NCBI RefSeq assembly: GCF_001194135.2
Contig: NC_068985.1
Span: 119,166,029-119,222,847 of the forward strand
Reading direction: 5' to 3'
From: Octopus bimaculoides
Lineage: Eukaryota
Length of the DNA stretch: 56,819 nucleotides
In this document: in pieces, positions 39,801 through 48,477 of the stretch
How the letters are laid out: each line of letters opens with the position of its first letter
Position numbering within the stretch: position 1 is the first letter of the stretch
Made by a program: the position numbers and the translations under genes
Notes under the pieces: generated by a model
Told to the model about the DNA's origin: nothing
Databases searched by the model: none
The model's input: the letters and a program-made list of their open reading frames with translations, nothing else

Positions 39801-40501
39801 TCAGAACTGAGCGGGACTAGTCAAACAGTTTCATTCTCGTCTGTGCATGCCCGCAATGAAATTAATCTAGTACATGCAGCACAACTTTATGCTGTCTTAT
39901 TAACTTTTTGAAAACTCTTTCAGTGTTGGTGCGTTAATTGGATTACAGATTCAGTACATTAGTTTTGAACTGTATTTAAATTTAGTTTTAGTTTCGTTAT
40001 TCTGTTAAACCAACAAATGCCGAGTCACACTCAAAACATTGACGAAGACAGATGAAAATACTGAGCAATGTGAAGAAGTGCAGATCACAAGTTCCTTAGC
40101 TGCTAGAGTTTATTTAGCAACGAATGCACAAATACCCTTTATGTGGCTTCATTTTCTCGACACGCTATTGCTGTTATACATAAATAATAAACAGTTAGAT
40201 TGTGTCTTGCATTGTGTTTTACAATTTAATTTTTTTAAATTAATAAATGTAAAGTGAGTTTTGTAATTAATGAACGAAATGGCATTCTCTTGTAGCTTGG
40301 GTTAATGTTCTAATACTGATAAAAGAACAAGCTTTTCTGATTTGAACATGACAACAATACTTTTTTTGGAAACAACACGTGCGTGCGCGCTCGCACACAC
40401 ACACAGATAGGTAGATAGATAGATATGATTTGAATTCATACTTACTCGACAGTTTTCAAATCCCCAATTCTACAGCTTAAAAATAGTTGCTCAACATCCA
40501 T
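279..40501 (-). CDS. ABTB1: Complete spliced gene (12 coding exons, 475 aa): ankyrin repeat and BTB/POZ domain-containing protein 1 orthologue
   Basis: Hand-assembled exons 40446-40501, 38257-38319, 27253-27308, 25056-25200, 23734-23893, 19488-19533, 17666-17782, 12378-12502, 7810-7902, 5292-5450, 2542-2742, 279-485. All introns GT-AG, phases compatible, total 1428 nt. The protein is collinear with ABTB1 as recalled (DKWDSTPLYYACLCGH, NTFDGERCLYGAL, two BTB domains, RQETDSI). Confidence 0.95.
509..612. repeat. Compound trinucleotide microsatellite (TTA)(GTA)(GCA)(ATA)
   Basis: Direct reading. Confidence 0.95.
1467..1976. other. Assembly gap flanked by (TA)n
   Basis: Run of N. Confidence 1.
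2022..2251 (-). mobile_element. tRNA-derived SINE, family A
   Basis: Box A-like GAGCTGGCAGAA, box B GAGTTCAAATT, central CTTTGCCTTTCATCCTTTCGGGGTCGAT domain. Confidence 0.8.
2542..2742 (-). CDS. ABTB1: ABTB1 coding exon 11 (LSESNVFDVLYTADIYLLPGLKRQCA...QCAEYMATNLAK)
   Basis: ctgttactag acceptor, AG|GTAGGT donor, 201 nt, AD.YLLPGLKR.C motif. Confidence 0.95.
2816..3737 (-). mobile_element. 5'-truncated R4/Dong-type non-LTR retrotransposon (CCHC knuckle + restriction-like endonuclease + 3' UTR)
   Basis: ORF 2916..3731 has CRICGDRQETLNHIISGC and KPDIVV..D...FLIDVSIP...EKLSKY (PD..D..K RLE fold); (TAA)n on both sides. Confidence 0.85.
3800..4010 (-). mobile_element. 3' fragment of a second RLE-type (R4/Dong-like) family
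   Basis: Translates VIPIVIRALGSIP...KSALLGTARILSEVL, parallel to the C-terminus of the 2916..3731 ORF; bounded by (TAA)n at 4010-4066. Confidence 0.65.
4080..4735 (+). mobile_element. Three head-to-tail family A SINEs with (TTA)n tails
   Basis: Repeated ttctgagttcaaat...ctttgcctttca...aagtaccag blocks. Confidence 0.75.
4760..4900 (-). mobile_element. Short 3'-end copy of the R4/Dong element at 2816-3737
   Basis: Near-identical to 2816-2960; (TTA)n on both sides. Confidence 0.85.
5292..5450 (-). CDS. ABTB1: ABTB1 coding exon 10, second BTB domain (CILSTRTDYFKVLLTDHF...YFIYTDSCE)
   Basis: ttaatccag acceptor, AG|GTATGT donor, 159 nt. Confidence 0.95.
5586..6345 (+). mobile_element. Tandem cluster of family A SINEs
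   Basis: At least three heads or cores near 5590, 5930 and 6170. Confidence 0.78.
6377..6577. mobile_element. piggyBac-type MITE
   Basis: TTAA|CCCTTTAGCATT ... AATGCTAAAGGA|TTAA; related copies near 7418-7620 and 26766-26986. Confidence 0.75.
7810..7902 (-). CDS. ABTB1: ABTB1 coding exon 9 (PIRELPFDPEYPSMFADIGFIVEGYRFLGHK)
   Basis: attttgtag acceptor, AG|GTAAGT donor, 93 nt, start of BTB2. Confidence 0.93.
8345..8800 (+). mobile_element. RTE 3' end with about 65-bp tandem array and (GAT)n tail
   Basis: Repeated gccagt-N8-actggc / gtgcc-ggt-ggcac units, then aggaagggcatccagctgtagaaa and gatgatgat. Confidence 0.75.
9715..10790 (+). mobile_element. Internally deleted RTE-clade LINE: APE N-terminus joined to ORF C-terminus, 3' UTR repeat array and (GAT)n tail
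   Basis: FRVGTLNVGTLKGRSGEIVEM...DLCCIQEVRWR (APE) is followed within about 200 nt by QLCWYGHMLRMDEDSCVKKC...RPRKT (RTE C-terminus); ends with the aggaagggcatc-agctgtagaaac tail. Confidence 0.8.
11589..11883. mobile_element. hAT-Buster-type MITE (295 bp)
   Basis: TIRs (T/C)AGTGGTTCC-AAA; perfect 8-bp TSD ACCTAGAG at 11581-11588 and 11884-11891, which fits NNNTANNN. Confidence 0.92.
12378..12502 (-). CDS. ABTB1: ABTB1 coding exon 8 (SSKPSIKITTITVECESATKNLQTDFLKLANATQPHELGSW)
   Basis: attgacag acceptor, GG|GTAAGT donor, 125 nt; matches the inter-BTB linker (SKP...L..D...LA....P.EL). Confidence 0.9.
12597..12862 (+). mobile_element. Non-autonomous Helitron/Helentron-like (HINE-type) repeat
   Basis: Starts ACTAGCAGCTAAACCTGG; subterminal tttcatgcaaatccacccagccgtttggccgtgaa; ends atttatattatag. 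Resemblance is recalled, not aligned. Confidence 0.4.
13070..13490 (-). pseudogene. hAT (Buster/Charlie-type) transposase, C-terminal dimerisation region, degraded
   Basis: YFPNIEIQNYDWIRNPF and KFWIHVSKKHPNLAKK motifs. Confidence 0.8.
13490..14530 (-). mobile_element. Decayed RTE-clade LINE (APE endonuclease + start of RT region) lying within the hAT element
   Basis: Frames show GTVNIGTL, CIQEVRWR, VAGDFNGHVG, QINFIRTR, QHRLVISDF and IKDMKTGKSPSPSGINAEMLK. Confidence 0.85.
15170..16081 (-). pseudogene. hAT (Buster/Charlie-type) transposase, N-terminal half, degraded
   Basis: ATG at 16081; BED finger [44 protein letters not shown] catalytic-D region; stops and frameshifts. Confidence 0.85.
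16760..17130 (-). mobile_element. tRNA-derived SINE, family D
   Basis: Well-preserved tRNA-like head (CCCAGTGGTTAGGGCAGCAGACTC...TTCGATTCCC), different body, tail gatcaactggaaccctcgac; related copy at 46835-47120 (-). Confidence 0.75.
17666..17782 (-). CDS. ABTB1: ABTB1 coding exon 7 (TSEISVDYVDDYVRLARHCKLDALEDAISRNLRKLYTY-V)
   Basis: ataatag acceptor, G|GTAAGT donor, 117 nt, end of BTB1. Confidence 0.9.
18815..19135 (+). mobile_element. CORE-like SINE carrying the family D 3' tail
   Basis: CORE-like block followed by caaa-ggccagctttgtcac ... gatcaactggaaccctcg; similar copy at 39505-39710. Confidence 0.7.
19488..19533 (-). CDS. ABTB1: ABTB1 coding exon 6 (IYPQAFKALLEHLYT-D)
   Basis: attcacag acceptor, AG|GTTGGT donor, 46 nt; BTB helix F..LL..LYT; bridges phase 0 to phase 1. 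Confidence 0.9.
20358..20750 (+). mobile_element. Two tandem family A SINEs
   Basis: Same head and core motifs. Confidence 0.75.
21456..21800 (+). mobile_element. tRNA-derived CORE-like SINE, family C
   Basis: TGGCTCAATGGTTAGAG box A, GAGTTTGATTCCC box B, CORE-like ttcttga-caagacactttatttcacgttgctccagttcactcagctgta; a 5'-truncated copy lies at 33520-33800. Confidence 0.78.
22190..22545 (+). mobile_element. RTE 3' end with tandem array and (GAT)n tail
   Basis: Same architecture as 8345-8800. Confidence 0.75.
23395..23582. mobile_element. MITE-like element with inverted, internally repeated TTCACC termini
   Basis: agttcaccatcatcaattca at the left mirrors tgaattgatggcggtgaact at the right. 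Confidence 0.5.
23734..23893 (-). CDS. ABTB1: ABTB1 coding exon 5, first BTB domain (FSDIIFYVHGVRFSAHRAVLSSRCSYFAELF)
   Basis: atttttag acceptor, GTAAGC donor, 160 nt, BTB signature. Confidence 0.95.
24404..24474 (+). ncRNA. Minimal type I hammerhead ribozyme motif
   Basis: ACC-CTGAAGA (24407-13), stem II GCTGTAC/GTGCAGT, GAAA (24460-63), palindromic CACGTG, GTA cleavage site, GGT; the closing pair of stem II is mismatched. Confidence 0.6.
25056..25200 (-). CDS. ABTB1: ABTB1 coding exon 4 (AKCERNTFDGERCLYGALNNEIRNLLK...EYLQ-R)
   Basis: tttgtacag acceptor, AG|GTATTT donor, 145 nt; lies within ORF 25025..25240. Confidence 0.95.
25647..25881. repeat. Diverged minisatellite, 28-bp unit, about 8 copies
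   Basis: Consensus close to gggtagcaaaagtaatggatttatctgt. Confidence 0.8.
26512..26744. mobile_element. piggyBac-type MITE (second family)
   Basis: TTAA|CCCTTTGTCTGTCC ... GGACAGGCAATGGG|TTAA. Confidence 0.75.
27253..27308 (-). CDS. ABTB1: ABTB1 coding exon 3 (YYACLCGHIDVVYFLLTR-G)
   Basis: cctttcag acceptor, GTAATA donor, 56 nt, ankyrin repeat YYACLCGH. Confidence 0.95.
27594..27698 (+). ncRNA. Minimal type I hammerhead ribozyme motif
   Basis: CTGAAGA (27601-07), stem II AGCTTTA/TAAAGCT, GAAA (27680-83), CACGTG palindrome, GTA site, stem I TTTGCGA/CCGCGGA with one mismatch. Confidence 0.6.
27825..28277 (+). mobile_element. RTE 3' end with tandem array and (GAT)n tail
   Basis: Same architecture, about four units. 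Confidence 0.75.
29389..29782 (+). mobile_element. tRNA-derived SINE, family B (internal TA/TG microsatellite)
   Basis: GGCACAGGAGTGGCTGTGTGGTAAG box A, GGGTTCAGTCCC box B; other copies at 33018-33409 (-), 19655-19995 (-) and 52235-52640 (-). Confidence 0.8.
31290..32280. other. Assembly gap flanked by (TA)n
   Basis: Run of N. Confidence 1.
33018..33409 (-). mobile_element. Family B SINE
   Basis: Near-complete reverse-complement copy of 29389-29782. Confidence 0.8.
33801..34006. mobile_element. piggyBac-type MITE (third family)
   Basis: TTAA|CCCTTTTGATAC ... GTAACAAAATGG|TTAA. Confidence 0.65.
34731..36017 (+). mobile_element. Full-length mariner (DD34D) transposon, 1287 bp, inactivated
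   Basis: TA TSDs at 34729-30 and 36018-19; about 30-bp TIRs (TCA-GTCATCCCATAAGTTCTGTC); transposase 34915-35942 with WVPHEL, TGDEKW, HQDNA and YSLYLAPSDY (YSPDLAPSDY-like); stop at 35494, frameshift near 35790, one further stop. Confidence 0.95.
36300..37583 (+). mobile_element. maT-like (DD37D) Tc1/mariner-superfamily element, about 1.28 kb, decayed
   Basis: TIRs CAGGGTG....TTTTTGAGG at both ends; translates TKFPATAMVLGVVSNKGNVMPPQF...GLKVNAVVY...YVFQQYSA...HKARTTQ...PSSSYLNPLNY...ACQCFQPHIEAAIDANSGFLE, typical of maT transposases. Confidence 0.8.
37897..38154. mobile_element. TA-flanked MITE (pogo/Tigger-like), 258 bp
   Basis: 22-bp TIRs CACCTTCTC(T/C)TCGACTTATGAC, TA on both sides. Confidence 0.85.
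38257..38319 (-). CDS. ABTB1: ABTB1 coding exon 2 (YLVDEKDVEINIHDKWDSTP-L)
   Basis: tttttatag acceptor, GTAAGT donor, 63 nt, ankyrin motif DKWDSTPL. Confidence 0.95.
38430..39000 (-). mobile_element. Three tandem family A SINEs
   Basis: Reverse-complement copies separated by (TAA)n. Confidence 0.72.
40446..40501 (-). CDS. ABTB1: ABTB1 coding exon 1 (MDVEQLFLSCRIGDLKTV-E)
   Basis: ATG at 40501-40499; donor GA|GTAAGT; resembles the ABTB1 N-terminal ankyrin start (LF.SCR.GD). Confidence 0.88.
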
Positions 40502-40918
40502 GCTTAATAGACTAAATTGTGACTACAGATAACTGTATATTTTGATAAACAGGAGTACAAAAACAATGATAACTCAACTTTTGTTTAATAACTATCAATG
40601 TAGTCAAACACTTGAACCATTTAATAAATAATTTCGACGCTACCAAAATGTTAACTAAATACGGTAAATGTACTTATAAAAATTTACCCAAAATAGTATA
40701 TCACCAGCAACAGTAAACTATATCACGTGAAGCAAATACAGAAAAACTAAAATTGCTAATCAATAAATTAGGATATATTTTCTTTAAAAGATGTGTTTTT
40801 AAAATAGTAGTTTACTGAACGTAATGTTTAAGTGAACATAAACGTTTTAATGAACGTAAATGTGTTGTTTCTTTGCAATATATTGATGTGCTACAATTAG
40901 ATCTACTAAAATCATTAC

Positions 40919-41050
40919 TTGTGCATAAAATACGAGAAACAAGACCAATAACAAACCCATTTCCGCAACGAGCAAGTTTGGAATGCATTTGCAAGCTTTT
41001 TGGGTGTAACTGCCGACAGTTAACAAACCAAACCGTAACGGATGGACTGA
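40919..41050 (-). promoter_or_regulatory. Possible non-coding 5' exon / proximal promoter of ABTB1
   Basis: Locally CpG-richer, repeat-free stretch ending in a donor-like AA|GTAATG (40918-40917); candidate acceptors (tacag, tgtag) lie just upstream of the ATG. No transcript evidence. Confidence 0.25.
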
Positions 41051-43333
41051 TCTTTGAAATACTGAGGTGAAAAAATATTTCCTTTGAGATGAAGTATATC
41101 AAAAGTAAAGAGTAAATTAACAATATAGATATAAGTGTGTCGTATTAATAATGATTTGTGAAGGTAGTTAACAGATGGAAAATACAATTAGTTCTTTGGA
41201 ATTATCAAATAAGTTATTTAGATTTTGATACCGTAAGAAATAAACGTGTGTATTAGTATATTATAGTTGTTTACAGTCGGTTATTTGACTAAACCCTTAA
41301 AAAGACTGAAGTTTATTCCGTACTGAATTGGAATAAAATTTAGCAATTACATATGGAAATATATATGTATATGTAAACACGTAAAAAATAACACAATGTG
41401 AAGATCAATTCTGGTTTCTTGTTCGTGTTCTATTGCAAAAACAATATACAGAAACAAAATATAGAAAGAGACAGAATCAATCGAGTTAGCAAGAGAAATG
41501 CAACAGGATGCGGCTGCTAAAAAAACACGAGCGAATAAACTGGTGTTTTGAAGCTAAAATATTAAGCGCTCGAAGTATCAAACCGTTTGTATATGACAAT
41601 CTCCAATGTTTACTCTGGTCTCAATGTGCATTAAGGATTTCACACAGTCAACGAGAGTTATCTCCCTCCCCTATATCTGCGCAGTTTGGTGTCAACAAAA
41701 GTTTATTTAGAAACCATGTATTATTACGCAACTTCCAGTTTATACATTCCGATTGCGGCCAAGTAAATTCATAGGAAACTACTATATATATATATATATA
41801 TTGTAATGGGAGAAATTGATTTGTCCGAGTGGGCAGTTGTGATGATAAAATTTTGTTGTCAAAACGACATGTTGCATGATGTGAAAGATGAATATATATA
41901 TATATATATATANNNNNNNNNNATAAACCATTTAAGAAACACACAACAACCGTTAGATTCACTTCAACATTTAAATTTAATTTGCCAAAATATTTTCGTC
42001 GCTTTGAGACCGAGACCTGTTCACTGACAAAATTCCGTGCTGCATCTGAGAAAGTAACAGTTAGTTCATGATATGTATGTATGTGTGTGTGTGTATGTAT
42101 TTATGTATGTATGTGTACATATATGTGCGTATGCATATGTGTACATGCCTATACGCATGTATGCATGTATGTACTTGTGTATGTACGTGAGTATTTAGGT
42201 AAATGCGTAGACATGTCTCTGTGTGTGTACATGTGTATGTACATGTGAACGTATTTTTATGTACTGATATGTGTCTATAAGTTGTATATATGACTGTTAC
42301 TTTGTTGAAGGTTGTATACACACACATATATACATATGGATATACATGTAACGATAAAGTTTTTAATTGATGTCGAGGGTCACCAATTTGTTGGTAATGC
42401 AGCTTCAGAAAGCAGCAATTCTTTTTTCACGGGGTCACCAGTTGTAATGGGAGAAATTGATTTGTCCGAGTGGGCAGTTGTGATGATAAAATTTTGTTGT
42501 CATAACGACATGTTGCATGATGTGAAAGATGAACAATATATAAAGTATTAAGGAAATATTTATTTACCGTTACGTTGAAAAATGCCATACCTCGACGGGC
42601 AGGTTATGATAAATCCAAAAACATGCGAAGTAAAGTTTGTGTTTGTGTCCTCTTCATTGTTTAGTAGTAATTACAGAGAGAGATGGAATGATGTTATAAG
42701 AGAACAGAATTAGAGCTAGTGAAAGCTGTAGGGTGTGGGACGTTGTCTCACAGGTGCTGGCAGTAAACTTCATTTTTTCCCTCTGGCCAAGGTTCTTGCT
42801 GGTCAGCCAGACTTCGTTCTCATTGAGTCGTCACCGACTAACTGATCTTTGCTTGGGGTTTTCTTGCTTTTATAACTATCTAGAAGTATAGACATATCAT
42901 TGAGAACAATAGATTTAGTTGGTGGTCTTGTTATCTCTATTCTAGCTTTTGGTGAAGTAGAAGAGGTTAGAAAGGATCAAGTGGTGAAGACATTATTTCG
43001 GTCTAGCTAAAGGCATCTGGAAAATGTAAAACTGCTGTCAGAGAAAAACCATTGTTCCACCGTGGGAAAAGTTTTGTTGCAGTGTTAATTTGAATTTGGA
43101 TATAGTGGATCGAATCCACTTCATGCATGCGAGATCCACTACATACATATATATAGACACGCGCATATACATACGTGTGTGTGTGTGTGTGTACGTTTGT
43201 CCCTCTCACCACCGTCTATATATGTGTGTGTATATATATATATGTATATGTATATGTGTGTGTATACAACCTTCAACAAACAGCCATGTATACAATTTGT
43301 ACAGACACATATCAGTACATAAACATACGTTCA

Positions 43334-43467
43334 CATTACCTTTCACCCGGTACAGTCGCTCACGCAGTGCTTTCTCTCCCTTGTGTGAAGCTTCCTATCT
43401 CGGACATGTGAGCATGTGTACAACAGCCAAACACCGCGTGAGCGACTGTGCCGGGTGAAAGGTAATG
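43334..43467. mobile_element. Foldback mini-element with 36-bp inverted arms
   Basis: 43334-43369 versus 43432-43467: 34 of 36 Watson-Crick pairs. Confidence 0.8.
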
Positions 43468-44329
43468 GTTCTTTTTGACTCGGCGTGTGTTGTGCTTAAA
43501 AACGCGTTTATATTCTTGAATGTGATAAAGTGTAGAATTAAATTATTATCTCGCTTCCTGCTTCAGGTTGCTGCCAGGATTAGAAAAATAGGTCGCACCC
43601 CTCCCCCAATTTGCTGATTTAGGCGGGATTTTTGAAAAACAAGGGGGAATTCGCGGCGATGTTCAGTGAACAAATTAAACACACTACCCAGCAGTGGCTA
43701 AAACGCGAACCGATCAAGTTCGCTGGAATTATGAAGCGCACAGTTCTATACGAGGATTTTTGTACTTTTTTTTCATAAACTAGGGTGATGGCTACTGACA
43801 TTAAGCTTAAGGATTATATAATGTACAAGTATAAAGAAAGAAAGAAAAAAGGACTCATTATCTTGAATGTTATCGATAATATCGATTGGAAATAGGGGGT
43901 TCCGCAGTGCCTATACACGAGCCGCCACTGGTCCGAGGCTATAGTAGAAGACACTTGCCCAAGGTGCCACGCAGTAGGACTGAACCCTGAGCCATGTGGT
44001 CAGGAAGCAAGCTTATTACACCCCAGTCCCGCCTGTCGACAATATAGGTCTGCTAACATCGTCATAAAGTCATAAAATAAAAGGAAGGGAAGAATAACAG
44101 TAATTTCAATTACTGAACCAGCAGTTTAGCTTTATAATTCCAGGGCATGAAATATTTACATACTACGGAACTCACATAATTAACATAATTAAATCAATTA
44201 ATAGTTTTTCATAAATAGCAATAATCAAAACATTAGTATAAAAACTACTCAGTTTAAAACGAGACAAAGAATTATTGCGTGAACTTGCTCCAACCGGAAT
44301 TTCATAAAGAATTGTAACGACAAATATTC

Positions 44330-44590
44330 TTTTCTGTTCTAGTCACAAGGCCTGAAATTTTGGAGGAGGGGGGGGCAGTCGAATAGATCGACCCCCAGTA
44401 CGTAATTGATACTTAATTTAGTGACCTCGGAAGGATGAAATGCAAAGTCGACCTTGGCGGAATTTGAACTCAGAACATAAAGACAGACAAAATACTGCTA
44501 AGCATTTCGCCCGGCGTGCTAACGTTTCTGATTTCTTTATTGCCCAGGGGACAAACAAGGCGTGCTAACGCTTCTGCCAGCTCTCCGCCT
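44330..44590 (-). mobile_element. Family A SINE
   Basis: Reverse-complement head and core motifs. Confidence 0.72.
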
Positions 44591-45646
44591 TTGTAAAGAC
44601 AAATACTATGCTATTAATAACATTCCAATTAAATCATCATGGAACAGTGGTAGTAGTGGTGGTGTCGTTGTACAGAACAGCGAGCTCTGTTCAGTTTACT
44701 TTGAACACTTTTGACAAAATTTCGTATTTTAGAAGTTATTTCGTGTTAAAGTTGTTGTATTTGGGTAATTTCAACCAATCAACGATGTGTATTCAGTTGA
44801 AGAAAGCTACTGCTGTTAACGATAGTAATCGAAGAGGAACAACTTTCTACTAAACGTCACCACTCTGTTCTATTCGTATGTTATCCTTTCTTCCTTTCTA
44901 GTCAGCACCGTGCATTCCTTACTCTTTCCCTCTCTACTGGCAGACAGCCACCGCTACACTATCAACTACCAACCAACGAGCAAACTACTCACTGCCGCTA
45001 CAATTACCATATTTTCTGGTATATAAGCCGCTATTTTTTACCTGGAGAATGTAGTGTGCGGTTTATAGAAAGGTGCGCCTAATATATTTACTTTTTTATA
45101 AGTTTCAGGGGGAAAATAATTTGTGTATGGAGATCGACTGTTTGTTAATCATTCGACCTCGTGTAATGGATGTACATGTCATTTTAGTAATTGACTGTGT
45201 TATTACTCCTAATATGTCTGTTATGCTATATGTACGATTGATTCTGTGTACATGTTTATTCTAGGAAACTCAAATGGAAAGTATTTTGAACGTTGTACAA
45301 ATCTTGTACCACTAATTGTTTGGGATGAAAAAAAAAAGCAAGAGATGATTAGTAATTAAGTAAATCGACTACTAATACATGTAAAATGTTTTAAACATTT
45401 TCACAATTAGCCAAAAAAAAAACCATTGAAATGTTATCTTATAACCTTTTATGAGTACAATACACATCCGTTATACTTTAAGAATATGTTCCTGGGGAAC
45501 ACAAGATCGCAACTGAGTACATGTTAGACAAAAACTTTTAAGCTATCACTGTGCAAATACGAAATGTTAGCTGATTAACGGCACCACAAAACAACGGTAA
45601 AGAACAGGTTTTCATTTGTATCTATTATCATTGTTGTAATGGACTA

Positions 45647-46662
45647 TGTAACAGCAGATTAACAAAAAATCTTGGATATGTAAGCATATGCCTCAAGGGA
45701 TACTTCTCTCTCTGTTATATATTACATGAATATGGACGTAATGGATAACAGCTAGTTTTCGGCCGCACCTTTGAACCCTGTTGTGTCCACCACTCTGATT
45801 GGTTGGTATTGGCGTATTTTGTCTCCTGTTCTATTGCGCGCCAAGATGCAACCCAACCAATCACAGCCTTCAGATAAGGTCGCGTGAGACAATCTTTTCT
45901 AAACCCCAGTTTGAGCCCCACAGCATGGTATAAAAGCTAGCCTCTCACCGTCACAGTTGTCAGTCTTGGCTCTAGGCCTAGCCGCTGGCCACATAGCATA
46001 CAGCCAGTTCCAGCGACGACACAACAGCAGCCACATGGAGAAATTCAACACTTCGTTCAGCAGCATTCAGAACCTCCAGCTTCTTAACGTCAACATCGTC
46101 TCTCTACGTACACACCACCAGCACGCTCGCACAGGTTCTATCTCCACACTGTTTGCGAAATGCTTCACCATGGTTAACAGCAAATACAACCTCCTGTAAC
46201 AGGTAACCGGCAGCAGCATTGAAGCCACAACTTCATACTCGACATGTGCCTCTCCCCGGCTCTGCTACGCGGCCTCAACTTATTATTACAGCACCTCAAC
46301 CACTGTGTACCTTAGATACGAACTGCTATTTTATCACCCTTGTGTCGAGACATTCTTCTAACTTCATTATAGACTCTTTTCTATGCTCTGTATTTTTCGC
46401 ACACGCATACATTCATGTTTGTATACACATACATTTTGTTTACATGACGGCCTGTCTATTATTGTGTTTATTATGTCGCACTCACACACAGACACACAAG
46501 TTGACATATCAATAAAATCTCTTAAACCTTCTACCGGTTGTGTCTCTCTTTTCCTTCTGGCACTTATACTCATTTATCCTTTTAATATTTTTATTTGTAT
46601 CGACCGTGCGATGTACTAAAGAACCATTCCTCGTCACCACTCCTGATCGCACTGTCCTTACA
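45647..46662 (+). mobile_element. Solo LTR-like element, diverged relative of 50485-51611
   Basis: CCAAT 45857-61, TATAAAA 45929-35, AATAAA 46511-16, ends CTTACA; shares several blocks with the other LTR; left boundary and TSD uncertain. Confidence 0.65.
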
Positions 46663-47875
46663 AAAGATATTCTAAGGAAGAAGAATTCAAACTGATTTGG
46701 ATATTTTGATCCCAATCAATTAGTGGTACAAGATTTGTACGGCATTCAAAAGATTCTCCACTTGAGTTTCCTAGAATAAACGTATTCACAGAATCATGTG
46801 TGCATTTAGTACAATACACATAACAGCTGACACTCTGTCGGTTAAGATTGTTCCTGATGGTTCCAGTTGATGCAACCAACGGAACTCGTGAAATTAACTT
46901 GCTGAGCACTCCACAGACACGCGTACCCTTAACGTTAGTTCTCAAGGAGATTCAGCGTGACCCAGAATGTGACAAGGCTAGCCCTTTAAAATACAGGTAC
47001 TAATCATTTTTGCGAGCTGAATGGACTAAGGAAACGTGAAATAAAGTGCTTTGCTCAAGGATACACCGTACCGCTGGGAATCGAACTCATGTCCATAGGC
47101 TCGGGAGCCGAATACCCTAACCATTATGCCACACGGTTTCACTAACACTCATATTGTAAGAGTAATCACAGTCAATTACTAAAATGTCAGTTTCACCCAT
47201 TACATTATATTGTGAGGTTTTATGATATAGAATGGATGTTTTTATAGAAATATTCCATCAGTTTTCTTTATCTTAACTATAACTACAGTCTGTATCTGTT
47301 AACTTTAGACCTTTCAGTTAGCAAATCTTTCCTAAATATTGATCACTTTTGTCTGTGTACAAAGAACTTGTATTTTTATAGTAAATGGTTTGTATTTTGA
47401 CACCTTACCCAGAAAATTTAGCTGCATACATGTTTTGGCAGAATTTTTAGAAGCCTATACAAAATGCCTGATGTGTTTAGTGATGGCTCTTAACGTTTTG
47501 AGTTATAAATCCTCTTTCATCTTTCTTGAGTCGCTAAAACAAAGTACCTATCAAATGCCGATATCAACTTGATATCTCTACAAAGTATCCTGAACGTGAA
47601 TGGGATTATAATATTTCTAGAAATATTTTTTGACACATATCTTTCATAAAAGCGAAATATTATTTGTAATAATTATGTAAAAGAGAACATAAGTGGAGAA
47701 AAAGAAGAAATCAAGAAATGAGTAATTTAAGCAGAGACATATGTACTTCATTAGTTACCGGCAAGTTGGCAGAGTTGTTACCACCCTGGACAATATGCTT
47801 AGCGGCATTTCTCCCTGTTCTATGTGTCTTTCAGGGTCGATAAAATAGAGTATCAGCTGAGTACTGAGTCGATGT

Positions 47876-48477
47876 NNNNNNNNNNNNNNNNNNNNNNNNN
47901 NNNNNNNNNNNNNNNNNNNNNNNNNNNNNNNNNNNNNNNNNNNNNNNNNNNNNNNNNNNNNNNNNNNNNNNNNNNNNNNNNNNNNNNNNNNNNNNNNNNN
48001 NNNNNNNNNNNNNNNNNNNNNNNNNNNNNNNNNNNNNNNNNNNNNNNNNNNNNNNNNNNNNNNNNNNNNNNNNNNNNNNNNNNNNNNNNNNNNNNNNNNN
48101 NNNNNNNNNNNNNNNNNNNNNNNNNNNNNNNNNNNNNNNNNNNNNNNNNNNNNNNNNNNNNNNNNNNNNNNNNNNNNNNNNNNNNNNNNNNNNNNNNNNN
48201 NNNNNNNNNNNNNNNNNNNNNNNNNNNNNNNNNNNNNNNNNNNNNNNNNNNNNNNNNNNNNNNNNNNNNNNNNNNNNNNNNNNNNNNNNNNNNNNNNNNN
48301 NNNNNNNNNNNNNNNNNNNNNNNNNNNNNNNNNNNNNNNNNNNNNNNNNNNNNNNNNNNNNNNNNNNNNNNNNNNNNNNNNNNNNNNNNNNNNNNNNNNN
48401 NNNNNNNNNNNNNNNNNNNNNNNNNNNNNNNNNNNNNNNNNNNNNNNNNNNNNNNNNNNNNNNNNNNNNNNNNNNNN
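47876..48477. other. Assembly gap
   Basis: Run of N. Confidence 1.
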
